From Octopus sinensis (lineage: Eukaryota): a DNA stretch of 64,000 bases. Shown here piece after piece: positions 37,405 through 51,481 of the stretch. The translations under genes were made by a program, and so were the position numbers. Each line of letters starts with the position of its first letter. The first letter of the stretch is position 1. Under the pieces are notes generated by a model that saw only the letters and a list, made by a program, of their open reading frames with translations, did no database searches and was not told the origin of the DNA. Location: the NCBI RefSeq assembly GCF_006345805.1, contig NW_021832830.1:35982-99981 (forward strand), in the 5' to 3' direction.

Positions 37405-38542
37405 ATATATATATTTACATATATCCTCTGCTTGGCAACCGGTGTACATTGTTTTTACTGTCCTCTTTAACTTAGCCGTTCGGCAAAGCGGTGAGTTAGA
37501 ATATGTGATAGGGTCGTTTCAAATGCAGCGATGTCGATTTTATTGCCACAATCCTTCATTGTGCTGTTCCAGGATGGTCGCCGTCCAATGACTGACACAA
37601 GTTAAAGATAAAACATCAGAGATAATTATGTAAGACAATATATAACGCTGTTCTCTATTTAAGAGATGAGGAATTATCCTTCATAACGCTTATTTTGATT
37701 TCGCTGTGCGAACGCAAGACTCCGCCTTCTCCTTTAGTGCTTCGCTACTAACTATAGTAGTATATTAATTTCTACTACATCAGATGTTATGAAGCATTTC
37801 TTACGTTTTGATGAGAACATGCTACGAAAGAACAGTTACATAACGTAGCATTTGTGCAGATTTGACCGCAGATGTCACTATCGATTGATATTATTCACGT
37901 AACGCAGATTTCTGACACACTGCACAGGGTCGAATAAATATTTGTATGAAATGGTAGAGTGAATTGACTCTAAATTTACTCTTCTAAACGATTTGGAATA
38001 ATCTTTATCGATCTGGGAGTAACCTCAACTTAAAACATGAATGGAGCGAGCGGTGTAATCGAAGAGGCAAGCTGCCAAATGGTATCATCCAGCGCACGTA
38101 TTATATTTTCTATTCAAGTATACTTAACCATTTCTCTATCACAACCACGATGTTTCTGGCGTCATAGCAAAACTGTGTTGCACAACACCAACAACAACAA
38201 CAACAGCAACAACAACAACAACAACTACAGCAATTTGGCCACATCTGCAAACATCAAAATAAGCCGTTTTCTTCGTTTAAAATATTTGAATCTTTGTAAC
38301 TATATATAATACATAACAGATGTTTAAATATGGAAGAGCGGTGTTTTGGTGAGAAGACTGGAATATTAAAATCAACATATTGCATTCAGTTACTTATTTC
38401 AATATTATGGTAACAAATCTGAATTGGGTGCAAATTAGTGTTCAAGAACTAATGTCTGCAATCCAGCCATGCCATACATATTCATAAAAGTATTAAAAAA
38501 AGTATACAAATTTTCTTTCATCTATACCTACACCGCACGTAG

Positions 38543-38961
38543 AAGGCGGCGAGCTGGCAGGAACGTTAGCACGCCGGGCGAATTGCTTAGCGGTAGTTCG
38601 TCTGTCTTTATGTTCTGCATTCAAATTCCGCAGTGGACAACTTTGCCTTTCATCCTTTCGGGGTCGATTAAATAAGTACAAGTTATGCACAGGGATCGAT
38701 ATAATCGACTTAATCTGTTTGTCTGTCCTTGTTTGTCCCCTCTGTGTTTAGCCCCCTGTGGGTAGTAACGAAATTGGTATTTTGTCTGCCCTTACGTTCT
38801 GAGTTCAAATTCCGCCGATGTTGACTTTGCCTTTCATCATTTCGTTGTCGATAAATTAACTACCAGTTACGCACTGGGGTCGATATAATAGACTTAAACC
38901 CTTTGTCTGTCCTTGTTTGTCCTCTCTATGTTTAGCCCCTTGTGGGCAATAAAGAAATAAG
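38543..38961 (+). mobile_element. SINE family A: headed copy plus one tandem unit
   Basis: Second unit restarts at GGTATT 38776. Confidence 0.9.
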
Positions 38962-39014
38962 AACCAACCTTGAGTGGGAACTGCCCTTTAAATTGTATTT
39001 GGTACTTACGTACA

Positions 39015-39296
39015 TACATGGTCTGAACAATAAGTATCCGAACTGTTGCCATAGTAACGGAGTTAAAACACACAGAGTGCAGCAGCTTGACACTGGTTGA
39101 CCTTGAACCCTGCTTTGCATGCGCGCTCAGCTTTAACATTCTTGCTCATTTTCTGTTTGCAGCAGTGCTCGGAAGGAAGGTGTGTAGCGTGTGATCGTCG
39201 TATTTAGCATAACAGAATCTTGCGCAGAGAATCTGCATCAAATTTTGCCAAAACCTTAGCGATTCCTGCTCAGAAGCCCACGCAAAGTATTCAAAA
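39015..39296 (+). mobile_element. Mariner transposon 5' fragment (TIR and start of transposase)
   Basis: TA-CATGGTCTGAACAATAAGTATCCG terminus; QRICIKFCQNLSDSCSEAH at 39225 matches the mariner N-terminal QR..IKFC motif. Confidence 0.75.
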
Positions 39297-39350
39297 AATA
39301 GTTCCATAGGTATACCTCACTGTAAAGACTATATTATTTGCCTAGCTATT

Positions 39351-39500
39351 TCTTCCAGTTTCCGTCTACCAAATCCTCTCACGAGGCTTTGGTCGGCCGA
39401 GGCTATAGTAGAAGACACATGTCCAAGTGGTCACGCAGTGGGACTGAACCCAGAACTATGTGGCTGGGAAGCTAGGTTCTTACCGCCCAGCCACGCCTAT
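39351..39500 (-). mobile_element. SINE family B head fragment
   Basis: cagtttccgtctaccaaatc...gtgggactgaacccagaac...cagccacgcc. Confidence 0.8.
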
Positions 39501-40980
39501 GTTTGTGCGTGTGGTTGTTCACCGCCGCCGCCACCACCACCACCACTCAACAACCAGTGTTAGTTTGTTTATGTCCTACATGTCCGCACATTACCGGTTT
39601 GCTGTAGATGGATAAAATTAGTAACAGACATAAAAAAAAAAATCAGTCCTTATGTGAAGCCCCTAATTCAGTGTTCCAGTCTGGCTGCCGTTGAACGACT
39701 GAATCAATTAAAAGATAAAAGTTTGACGACAGTATCAAAGAAAGCTTTGAAATGAGAAACCATTGATTAATTGTGTTAAATTTCTCATTGAGATAAGCCA
39801 TCGAAAGACAGTGAAAAGGCGAAGTTGTTAGAAAGTCTGGAATTTTGGCACCGATTCCTTTACCCATTCAGGCCAACTTTACCTTTCGACTTTTGTTTAT
39901 TCAGCTGTGACAAATAAGATGTTACAAGAACAATCTATAGATCGCAGGCGGGGAAATGATTTGCTGATATCTGAAGCGGTCGAGCGTCCATCATTGGCAA
40001 GATGATCTGGTGGGAGTTTAGTTCTTTGCATTATAGTTTTCCGCCAAGACAGGCAATACTATAAAAGCTAGAGGTAAGCATAAACAAATAAACGTTATGT
40101 CCGGAGTTTCGTTCGACTAAAAATCTCAACGAAGTAGGCCTCCAGATTAGCTGCCAACCAATGTCTGAAACGAGTGTAAGGACATATACCAAAAGACCAA
40201 TGTCTTTTAGTATATTTCCTTAACGGTGAAACTGGACAAAGTACAGCTAAACATTTTACCCAACGTGGTAACGATTATGCCCGCTTGATCTCGTATAGTG
40301 GGTATGCAATATTCAAAACATATAAATTTCCGAGTATAATTGTTATTTATACACAAATTTGCTCTCATCAAAAGCACTTTTTTTTTGTCAGACACATCTA
40401 AGTAAAGTCCATTAATTTTATTTTCGACTGGAGTCGTATCTTCCGCATTACACAAAACAAAATATTCCTCAGGTTTTAAGCGATTAACAGTTTACTCGAC
40501 AGAATACCGCCTTTTCATGCAAATCTGAAGACCTTGTGTATTTAAAAAGCATAGATTTTTTTTTATATACAGTGTTCCTCCTTCTTGTAATGTGTTGTAT
40601 TCGTGATAAACACAACAGTTAATGAGGTGTATAGACAATGGCTATCACCAGTTTGGCTTCTTGTGAAATAAATGAGACAATGTTAAGATTCTGTTAAGCG
40701 GTTAAGTGAAACTAATTATTTGTTCCCGGTCTCCTCGGGTCATAACTGAGAAATTTCCATTACTGCTTTGGGAATTCAAATGAACAGAACTTACGTATAA
40801 ATCATACTGTGTATTGATATCCTTAGGCCACTAATAGGAAAGCCATAACGCATTCGCACCAACTTGTATGTTATGGTATAGTCGCTACTCTGCAAGATGT
40901 AGGAGGTGAATAACTTCTATGTTAAGACTATGATCATAATACAAATAAAAAGGACACCAAAATATATAGATTGGCTAAAT

Positions 40981-41190
40981 AGGTGCAGACGTGGCGGTGT
41001 GGTAAGACGCTTGTTCCTCAACCAAAAGGTCCCGGGTTCAGTCACACTGTGTGACACCTTCACCTTGTTCTACAGTTTTTATCTATAGCCTCGGGACGTC
41101 CAAAGCCTTGTCAGGAGATTTCGTAGACGGAAAATGAAAGAAGCCCATAGTATATGGTGAGGCACCAGCATGGCTGTGGTCAAGTAAAAG
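40981..41190 (+). mobile_element. SINE family B diverged head fragment
   Basis: gtggcggtgtggtaag...ccgggttcagtcacac...gtagacggaaaatgaaagaagccc. Confidence 0.7.
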
Positions 41191-41253
41191 ATTATAGACG
41201 AGGATAAGTCAACAACGATATACAGATGAAATAAAAAGAGGAACAACAAAATA

Positions 41254-41322
<69 letters not shown>

Positions 41323-41324
41323 TA

Positions 41325-41536
41325 TACTCTTTTACTCTTTTACTTGTTTCAGTCATTTGACTGCGGCCATGCTAGAGCACCACCTTTAATCGAGCAACTC
41401 GACCCCGGGACTTATTCTTTTGTAAGCCCAGTACTTATTCTATCGGTCTATTTTGCCGAACCGCTAGGTAACGGGGACATAAACACACCAGCATCGGTTG
41501 TCAAGCAATGCTAGGGGGTCAAACACAGACACACAA

Positions 41537-41585
<49 letters not shown>

Positions 41586-41748
41586 TACGACGGGCTTCTT
41601 TCAGTTTCCGTCTACCAAATCCATTCACAAGGCTTTGGTCGGCCCGAGACTTTAGTAGAAGACATTTGCCCAAGGTGCCACGCAGTGGGAATGAACCCGG
41701 AACCATGTGGCTGGTAAGCAAGCTACTTACCACACAGCCACTCCTGCA
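41325..41748 (-). mobile_element. SINE family B, full length
   Basis: All modules present; internal microsatellite 41530-41588. Confidence 0.9.
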
Positions 41749-42036
41749 TATATTTTTTTTTCGTTTTCCCTTGTTTAAATTCTGTTTTCTCTATAAGCTG
41801 CCTTCTCAACTTTTTTCACGTTTTTTTCTTTTCACTTGTATTCAATATTCATTTTTTTAGTTCGTTCTGATATGTGGCTTGCGCCTGTTGATTATGTTTG
41901 AGTATTTCTCAACATATGAAACTATTAGTATCGCTTAAATTCATGTTTTGAGCCCTTTAAATAATAATATTTAGCTCTCACCAGATGGAGTACTTCTTTG
42001 TTGAATTTTCTATCACAGAACAGTACACTATATATA

Positions 42037-42084
<48 letters not shown>

Positions 42085-42158
42085 GTGTGTTTGTGTGTGT
42101 GTGTTTGTGTGTGTGTGTGTTTGTGTGTGTGTGAGTGTGTGAGTATTATGTGGGGATG

Positions 42159-42194
<36 letters not shown>

Positions 42195-42853
42195 AGTGTT
42201 GGTCGATCAAGGATTTTTTTTGGTGTGAGTTAAAATGTGTTGGTAGTGTTAATGGATAGATAGAGGTGGGGGAGAGATGTATATGATTAGAAAAAAGGAG
42301 ATAGGTCAAATAAAAAAAAGGAAGAGAGAATGGGAGGAAAACGAGAAGAAGCAAAAAGGAGGGAGACAAAAAAATAAATGAAGAGAGAGAGGGAGCGAAA
42401 TGAGAGAGGGTGTGTTAGCTAGTGGCTAGAATAAAGTGAGGAAGGGACGCATATATGATGTGTTTTAATGTATGTAAATTGAAACTGTATCTATTCGGTT
42501 AATTTGCTAATTTACTATCTTGCGTTATAACGCTCTAAACTCGATAAAATAACCATAAAGATATTCAGAATAAAATTGAAGAAATAGACTGTGATATCTT
42601 TGCCAGGAAACGGGAGACCTACTTTAACTAACCACCCATGTTAATTTTTGTATATCTTTAATTTTTCTTGTTTCAGTCATCAGACCATCCTGGGGCACTG
42701 CCTTGGCGGTTGTTAGACGGCTGAATGAATCAAATCCAGTACTTCTTTTTTAAGCCGGGTACTTGTTTGATCGGTGTGTGTATGTATGTATGTATGTATA
42801 TGTATATATATATATAATATATATATATATAAATAGCCGCAGGATTGTCAATT

Positions 42854-43178
42854 GTCTTCTACTATAGCCTCGGGCCGACCAAAGCCTTGTGAGTGGATTT
42901 GGTAGACGGAAACTGAAAGAAGCCCGTCGTATATATGTATGTTTATATATATGCATGTGTGGATGTTTGTGTGTCTGTGTTTGTCCCCCACCCCAACATC
43001 GCATGACAACCGATGCTGGTGAGTTTACGTCGCCGTCACTTAGCGGTTCGGCAAAAGAGACCGATAGAATAAGTACTGGGCTTACAAAGAATAAATCCTA
43101 GCTCGATTTGCTCGACTAAAGGCTGTGCTCCAGCATGGCCGCAGTCAAATGACTGAAACAAGTAAAAGAGTAAAAGAG
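42854..43178 (+). mobile_element. SINE family B, 5'-truncated
   Basis: Body plus (TAAAAGAG)2 tail. Confidence 0.9.
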
Positions 43179-43214
<36 letters not shown>

Positions 43215-44112
43215 TATAATATATATATATACGTACATGCATATATATATATATATACATGCATGTACGTATATATATACGTATGCTTATGTATATATAC
43301 CTATTTATGTGGTACATTAACTTCAGTCTGCTGTAAATACTCTTGTGCAATAAATTTCAATACCATTAAACGAAAAGATGATTTATAAATAATTTGCGGG
43401 AAAGACAATCTACATTGTAAGATGTTACAAAAGATCATATGCCCAGTTTCTGATGAAATGTATGAAGAACAGGCGGAAACTAACGGAGAAAAGAACCGAC
43501 TAAACAGTCATCGTTTTATGCGTTTAAGAAGAAATATGAATGCATATTCGCCGTGTCAGACTGTATTCCATCATGGGAGGGAAAAAAGAACATTAGTTCG
43601 GAAGGCAAAATAAGAAAGCACTTGAGCACGTTTTTCGTGGAATGTCTTACCACGGAAATGAATATATTTCATTTTTATACAGAATTAGGAATCTTAGCAA
43701 CAATTTAGTACTCAACTGCAATGTAGTATAGAGCTGGAAAATATATACTCATGCTCCTGCGCTAACAAATTGTCTATGTCTTTCAGAGAATTGTTTTGAA
43801 ATTTCGTTGACAAGATTTCAGTCACGATGACCAGGGCCTTCAGTAAATATATTATTTCTCTCTTCTTGAGCGGCAGACTTCTTTCTTTTCCTCATCTAAC
43901 ATCCGAAACTGGCCATCATTAAATATTTTTGTTTTTATTCATTTAGCGCAATGGAACCGTTTGTAACTATATGAAACTGGTTGCCATAACTGATGTTACC
44001 GAAGATGTACATGGAAATTGAAAACAGGTGTGGGGTCTGTTGTTATTTCCTCTCTTCATATATTAACCGACGCAAATATAATGAGGTTCAACGAAGAGAA
44101 ATTCAGTATAAA

Positions 44113-44346
44113 TGCGGTGAGCTGGCAGAAACGTTAGCACGCCGCGTGAAATGCCTAGCGGTATTTCGTCTGCCGTTACGTTCTGACTTCAAATTCCGCC
44201 GAGGTCGCCTTTGCCTTTCATCCTTTCGGGGTCGATTAAATAAGTACCAGTTACGCACTGGGATTGATGTAATCGACTTAATCCTTTTGTCTGTCTTTGT
44301 TTGTCCCCATTGTGTGTAGCCTCTTGTGGGCAGTAAAGAAATAAGA
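44113..44346 (+). mobile_element. SINE family A single copy
   Basis: gcggtgagctggcagaaacg...aaagaaataag. Confidence 0.9.
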
Positions 44347-45459
44347 AATTCAGTATCGGCTCCGATAATAAACTTTATAAATGGAGTACTCGGCTATTTT
44401 ACATAAATCAATTCCCATGCAATTTACCTGGATGATCAAACATTCTATCTTTTACACTTCCAGCTTGTCTTTCTTTATTTTTTTATTTAAATATCCTCCA
44501 AAGTTCCTACAAACGCCTCAGAGATTCAGAAAATATAAAGGGGAACGGGCCCAGCTGTTTCGTTTCCGACTAAGCAAAAGCAACCAAAAATATCAGAAAA
44601 AACATGTTCCAATATTTACTTTCCGTAGACAGTGAGTTGTGCTTTGAGGAAAATCCATCAGCTATTTCTAGCAGGCTAAACGACCGGTTAGATACGCCAC
44701 CGTTGGCTTGTTTAATATTCTAAAGCAATTTAGCTGGTTGCAGTACAACTTACTAAAATATGCAGCAACGGAGCTGCATTCTACAGCAGCGTAACCGAAG
44801 AAATGCAACAGCGATGTAGCAATCAGCTTCGGTATCGATTTATAGATGTAATTAGCTAACGTAGCTAAATCACGGTAAAGCGAAATAAATACAGGAAAAT
44901 AACAGAAATGTAAGTTATGCTGGGCATATCAAATCGTAATACACTATTATAGTGTCTTAATTCAAACACAGCATATATTAGAGTCAGGTTGATGTTGAAA
45001 TACACAGAAAAACCATAATAAAATAAATATTAAACAACGAAACGACTCTGCTTCCACAAAACACACTAAATAACGATATAAATCCCATGTATATATTGTT
45101 AGTATTTTCATGAAACAAGTTATTTGTCTCATAGCGTATTAGCGTGTCAACAGACGATAATTTGCTTTATATGAATCAGACGACCATTTTGTTTTTATTT
45201 TTTGTGGCAGTTTTCTAGTTTTTTTTTTGTATTGTTTTTTCCGTTTCGTTTCCTCCCTGACGTAGTGTATACCTTACGCCGCCTCCGACGTATTTGTTGA
45301 ATTATCTGTGGGTAAAATGATTGATTCGCTGTTTTAGAACAGATCAAAAAAAAACTGGTGACAGTTTTCTAATAAGAATACTGCATAATTGAAGGAGTAG
45401 CGGTTGTATAGTTTTGCTGGCTTTGTGTACATGAAACATAGCGTGTATATTAGCATTAG

Positions 45460-45582
45460 CAGATGTATGCACACACACACATACACACACACACAAACAC
45501 ACACACATATATGTATACATTCACAGACAAATATAAGTATATATACACAGATGCATATATGTGCATGTATATATATATATAT

Positions 45583-45657
<75 letters not shown>

Positions 45658-46040
45658 GTATATATATATGCATATATATGTATATATATATATGTATATA
45701 TATGTATATGTATATATATTTATATATATATATATGTTTATGTATATATATATGGATATATATGCATATATATATGTATATATATATGTATATGTATTAT
45801 ATATATATATATATATATTATATATGCATATATATATACATGTATATATATATATACAAATGTATATATATATATATACAAATATATATATATATATATA
45901 TACACGTATATATATCTATATCTATATATATATGTATATATATACACATATGTACACGTGCACACAAATATATACGTATGCATACATTCATTATGTATAT
46001 ATTTGTGTGCATATATCTATGTGGGTGTGTATGCATGCGA
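45460..46040. repeat. (TA)-rich low-complexity block
   Basis: Direct inspection. Confidence 0.85.
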
Positions 46041-46418
46041 GTGACACTCCACTGATTCGCTTTCTGATACATTATCGAATGAATCACGGCAATGGTCATT
46101 TTTCGTTGCCATTTTATTGTCCTCTTTTGTTTCGCTTTCTTTTCATTTCCTCGTCTTCACATTTATCATCAACGATAATTTATCCGACATCTACCAACGT
46201 TATATCATAAACACGCACAAATCTACATAAAAAAAAACCACAGTCAATTTCACAGAAAGACACAAAACAGCCAATGACAGACCGACGCATGGTTATAAAT
46301 TTAGAAGTTTCTCCTTGGTCACAAGACCTACTAAATATCAAAACGAAATGTCCTTCAAATCGTAGTTATATGCTTCGAAAAAATAGAGCGAAATTGAATT
46401 AGGTGATTCTAGGTAGTA

Positions 46419-46680
46419 TTATTTTTTTATGCTCCCTTTTCAAGCCTAGCCAGGCTCATGGGCCCGATTTCTCGGTTTCTGTGGCGTATGCGTTCTTCCC
46501 AGCTGGACAGTACGCCAGTCCATCGCAGCTTAGTAGTTTTTACCAGCTGAGTAGACTAGAGCAATGTGAAATGAAGCGTTTTGCTCAAGAACACAACGCG
46601 TCGCCCGGTCCAGGAATCGAAACCACAATCTTACGATCATGGTGCTGACACTCTAACCATTAAACCACGCGCCTCCACTC
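46419..46680 (-). mobile_element. tRNA-derived SINE family C, near full length
   Basis: Minus strand ggaggcgcgTGGTTTAATGGttag (A box), GGTTTCGATTCC (B box), gcgttgtgttcttgagcaaaac core, A-rich tail. Confidence 0.85.
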
Positions 46681-46895
46681 GTTGAAATCATAGTAAACGA
46701 TAGAAACTGAGACACGAAACAGCCGGTTTACAAGGGCCCGCGAGAGACAGAAGACCATTATTCTAAAATTAGAATCAGAGTAGGTGCATACAATTAACTG
46801 AATGCTGGGGTTAAGAATTAATGTTAGTGGAACCGATGATATTGATGTCATTAAAACATCAATTAAATACCTTTTCTCAATATTTACTTTGTCTC

Positions 46896-47530
46896 AAGGT
46901 AGTGAGCTAGCACTATCGTTAGAACATGGCGGCGAGCTGGCAGAATCGTTAGCGCGCCGGGCGAAATGCTTAGCAGTATTTCGTCTGCCGCTGTCTTCTG
47001 GGTTCAAATTCCGCCGAGGTTGACTTTGCCTTTCATCCTTTCGGGGTCGATAAATTAAGCACCAGTTACGCACTGGGGTCGATGTAATCGACTTAATACC
47101 TATGTCTGTCCTTGTTCGTCCCCTCTATGTTTAGCCCCTTGTGAGTAATAAAGAAATAAGTATCGTTAGAACATGGGGTAAAACATTAACGGTAATTCGG
47201 CTGTCTTTACGTTCTGTGTTCAAATACCGTCGATGTCGACTTTACCTTTCATCGGAGTCGATTAAATAAGTACCAGTTACGCACTGGTGTCGATATAATC
47301 GACTTAATCTGTTTGCCTGTCCTTGTTTGACCTCTTTGCGTTTAGCCCCTTGTGGGTAGTAAAGAAATAGGTATTTCGACGGCCTTTACGTTTTGTGTTC
47401 AAATTCCTTCGCTGTCGACTTTGCCTATCAGCCTTTCGGATTTCGATAAAATAAGTACAAGTTGAACACTGGTGCCGATATAATCGACTTAACCCCCTCC
47501 CTCGATATTGCTTGCCTCGCGCCAAAATGT
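46896..47530 (+). mobile_element. Nested family A cluster: young copy 46928-47160 with 14-bp TSD inside an older two-unit array
   Basis: TATCGTTAGAACAT at 46914-46927 and 47161-47174. Confidence 0.85.
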
Positions 47531-48089
47531 GTCCAAGTTCAGAGAACGCATTGTCATTGGTTACAGGTAAACGAATTGCTTAATCATAATAAAGAAGAAA
47601 TATACAACCAGTGCTCGTGTATTTTATTGACATAATGACCCACCCGGATACACATCAAAATATATCACGTGATTGCAGATTTTCAAGATAAAGTGAGACA
47701 TCCTGCATAACGATGGTTGTACCAAAACAAATTATGGAAATCCTGACGACGGGAAGGGCTTGAGATTTCGAGGGCCAAAAGAAGGTGAATATTTGAGTAA
47801 TAAGTATGAGAAAGTAATAAGAAATTACGAAAAATGATGAATCCAAAGTAAATATAAATTTATATACAACAAGGACATGGTGTATTTGATAATATGTTCA
47901 AAAGGAAAGCTTCTCACGTGTATAATGTGTATATATAGGAATGTAGGCGTCGATTTGGTGGTGTACACCAAGATGAACGAGTGTGAGATTGCGTATATGC
48001 ATCATTATTTCCGTATACTTCGCGCATGAATGTTAAAGATTAAATATACTGAGAATATTTCTATACTTCCTGATGTACGTTCGAGGATA

Positions 48090-48140
48090 AAACATTTACA
48101 CGCATATGTATGCATGTATATACACATATATATATATATG

Positions 48141-48180
<40 letters not shown>

Positions 48181-48687
48181 CATACATGCATACACACACT
48201 CACACACACGCACACACATACATATATAGATATATATATATGTATATATACACATATATATATGTATGTATATACGTATATATACGTATATATATAAATG
48301 TATAAGAACACATAAGCACACACTCATATTTATATATATGTACACGCAGAAACACAGACATGTATATATATATATATACATGCATATATATATATGTATA
48401 TATATATGTATGTATATATACGTATGAATATAAGTATATGTATATATGTGTAAGCACATATGTAAACACATATACACGCACAAAAATATTTATATAGATA
48501 CATATATACTTAATCATATGAATATATTTACACGTAATTATCTACATAAATTCACATACGTAAAATATATAGACATACAACGCACGTCTACAAAATATAT
48601 GTGGATGCATGTTAGTGTGTGTGACTTTGTGCGAGCTCGTGTGTGTATAAGTATGCATATATGTGTGTATGTATATGTGTTTGTGTG

Positions 48688-48723
<36 letters not shown>

Positions 48724-49243
48724 TGTGTACGTCAACAGATCAATGGCAATAGACATTTCAAGAAATTAAATTGTCTAAAACATGTGAACAAACATATCAA
48801 ATTAATTTTCGTATTAAACTCGTCTGCAACGTCTCACAGTAATTCCTGGAGTTCGGGTTTTTTCTCTTTTTTTTTATAATTTGCCTCGTATTTCCTTTCC
48901 TAATCTCATTCCAGTAACTCGGTTCTCCTTTACACACACAACATAAGCATAGAGTATATACATATATATATATATATACAAACACACACACACACATATA
49001 TATATAATTATATGAATATATGTATATATATATACACACATATATACACACACATATATGCATATGCACATATACATATGTATATGCATATATATATGTA
49101 TATATATATATGTATATATACATACATTCATATATTCACATACATATCCATATATATATATATTTAAGAATATAAATATATTTAAGAATATATATATAAA
49201 CATATGTACACCCATATACATATAAGAATATGAATTCATATGG

Positions 49244-49309
<66 letters not shown>

Positions 49310-49380
49310 ATGTGTGTGTGTGTGCGTGCGTGCCATGTGTGTGTTATAGTTTTGTGTGTGTGTGTGTGTGTGTGTAACCA
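48090..49380. repeat. (TA)/(TG) low-complexity blocks
   Basis: Direct inspection. Confidence 0.8.
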
Positions 49381-49800
49381 TTCTGAGTTTGAAAGCGTTT
49401 GAATTCATATAAGCAAAATTGGAATGACATCTTCCGAAATAAGAAATAAAACGGTTGAAACGCAGTTAAATATTAAAACGAATAAATAAACAAACAAACA
49501 CAGAATTAAATAAATAAATGAATATGGAACATTATCAAATTTGGAACTGAGGAGAAAAAAAGGGAAGTAATTGAGAAGGAATTGGAGCTGAATCCAATAA
49601 AAGGCGAAAAAATATAAATAAGTACAAGAAGAGACCAATCAGTCTTCAACAGCAATATTGGCTGCTTATATATATATATATAATATATATATAGATATAT
49701 ATATATATATATATATTATATTATATATATATATTATATATATATGTCTATATATATATGTATTTGTATATATATTTGTGTGTAGTTATATAAATATATG

Positions 49801-49960
49801 AGGAGTGGCTGTGTGGTAAGTAGCTTGCTTAGCAGCGACATGGTTCCGGTCAGTCCTACTGTGTGGTATCTTGGGCAAGTCTTTTCTTGTATAGCCTGGA
49901 CCGACCAAAGCCTTGTTAGTGGATTCTGTAGACGGAACCAAGACGAAGCCCGTCGTATAT

Positions 49961-50011
<51 letters not shown>

Positions 50012-50216
50012 GTGTGTGTGTTTGTGCCTGTTTGTCCCCCACCCAACATCCATTGACAGCTGATGCTGGTATGTAACGTAGTGGTTCGGCAAAAGAAACC
50101 GATCGAATAAGTGCTAAGCTCCAAAGAATAAGTCCTGAGGTTGACTTGCTGGACTAAAGGTGATGCTCCAGCATGGCCTCAGTCAAATGACTGAAACAAA
50201 TGAAAAGAATAAAGAA
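49801..50216 (+). mobile_element. SINE family B, full length
   Basis: aggagtggctgtgtggtaag head to aaagaataaag tail. Confidence 0.9.
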
Positions 50217-50444
50217 TATATGTGTGTTTGTATATATGCCCGTGCGTGTGTGTGTGTGTGTATGTGTGTGTGTGTTGTGATCGCTGATCGCTGACTAATC
50301 AGGTAACCTCAAAAAACTTGCTAATTGTGGAAGGTGATACGGGACGAAACGCAAAACTTATCAAAAGGCCGAAGAACTGAAGAAGGTCAACGACCATTCA
50401 GTAGTGTTTTAAGCAGCACGGTCTAGAAGTTACTGTCCCCCACT

Positions 50445-50530
50445 CACGATCACGGGGTTATGGTTTCGATTCCTAGACCGGTTGTGCGTTTATTTTTTTC
50501 AGCAAAAAGTTTCTTTTTGCATCCATTCGA
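50445..50530 (+). mobile_element. SINE family C head fragment
   Basis: atggtttcgattcctagaccgg matches the B-box region of the 46419-46680 copy. Confidence 0.5.
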
Positions 50531-51091
50531 CTCAAAATTGATAACCTTGTTTCGCATTGATGCACAAGGATGAGATGATGAATGAAGGACACCACCTGAA
50601 CTGAAGTCACGTGAGCCATACCATGTATTCGTTGATCGAAAAGCTGACTATTCCAGCCCGTAACGTGAATCCTGATTTGTTGAGACTTTCTTCTCCGCAC
50701 GTTGAAGGGGGAATAAATGAATGGCATTGAGAATTTGATAACCTCTGGTTGCTAAGCGAGTTTCTTCCCCACAAAGACATTTCTGGAGAGTTCTATGTTT
50801 TTATTGATTCTTGGTTGATGATGAGAAACGACAGCGTTAGCAAAAATTAAATTAAAATGAAAACAGAAATGAACCTACTTATATATAATATCAACCTGAG
50901 TGTGATGGAATTAGCACCAAAATGGCTACCATCGCGCCTCTCCCCAATTCGGAAGAGTACACTCGAACCACAAATGACGAACGATGATAAGAACGGAGTC
51001 AACATTAAATGGTGAAAATTTTGGGTGATTACACTTGAAGTAACGGAGTTGCTTACTCTTCAACGAAAGTTGCTGTTTGATAAAAAGAAAA

Positions 51092-51131
<40 letters not shown>

Positions 51132-51160
51132 TAATAATAATAATAATAATAATATTAATG

Positions 51161-51220
<60 letters not shown>

Positions 51221-51223
51221 TAA

Positions 51224-51481
51224 TTGGAGGATCTCTTGGAATGATAAAAAAAGGTACTGAAATCGTATTAACTGGAACGGCTCACGTACTGACAAGAGCA
51301 TTATCGCCGTGAAAATAACATCCATGCATGAGTTTATTTATTTATTAATTTTTAAATACATATTTTATCTGTGAATTTGCTCGTGTAATCTGGGAATGCA
51401 TACAATGAACTTCTCTGCCCTAGGTGTATGGAAAACACTCTGCGAGAAACGGTAGAATATTTGAAGAAAGAAGGAAACAAC
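51224..51481 (+). mobile_element. R4/Dong-type non-LTR 3' end (short ORF remnant plus 3' UTR) within (TAA)n
   Basis: GGSLGMIKKGTEIVLTGTAHVLTRALSP*; (TAA)n at 51090-51222 and after 51481. Confidence 0.75.

Noticed and set aside
38037-38309. 90-aa ORF MNGASGVIEE...
   Set aside because: Length is inflated by an (AAC)n tract; no domain or splice evidence.
43780-44040. Exon-like GC-richer segment
   Set aside because: Candidate frames on both strands close within about 25 codons or lack splice sites.
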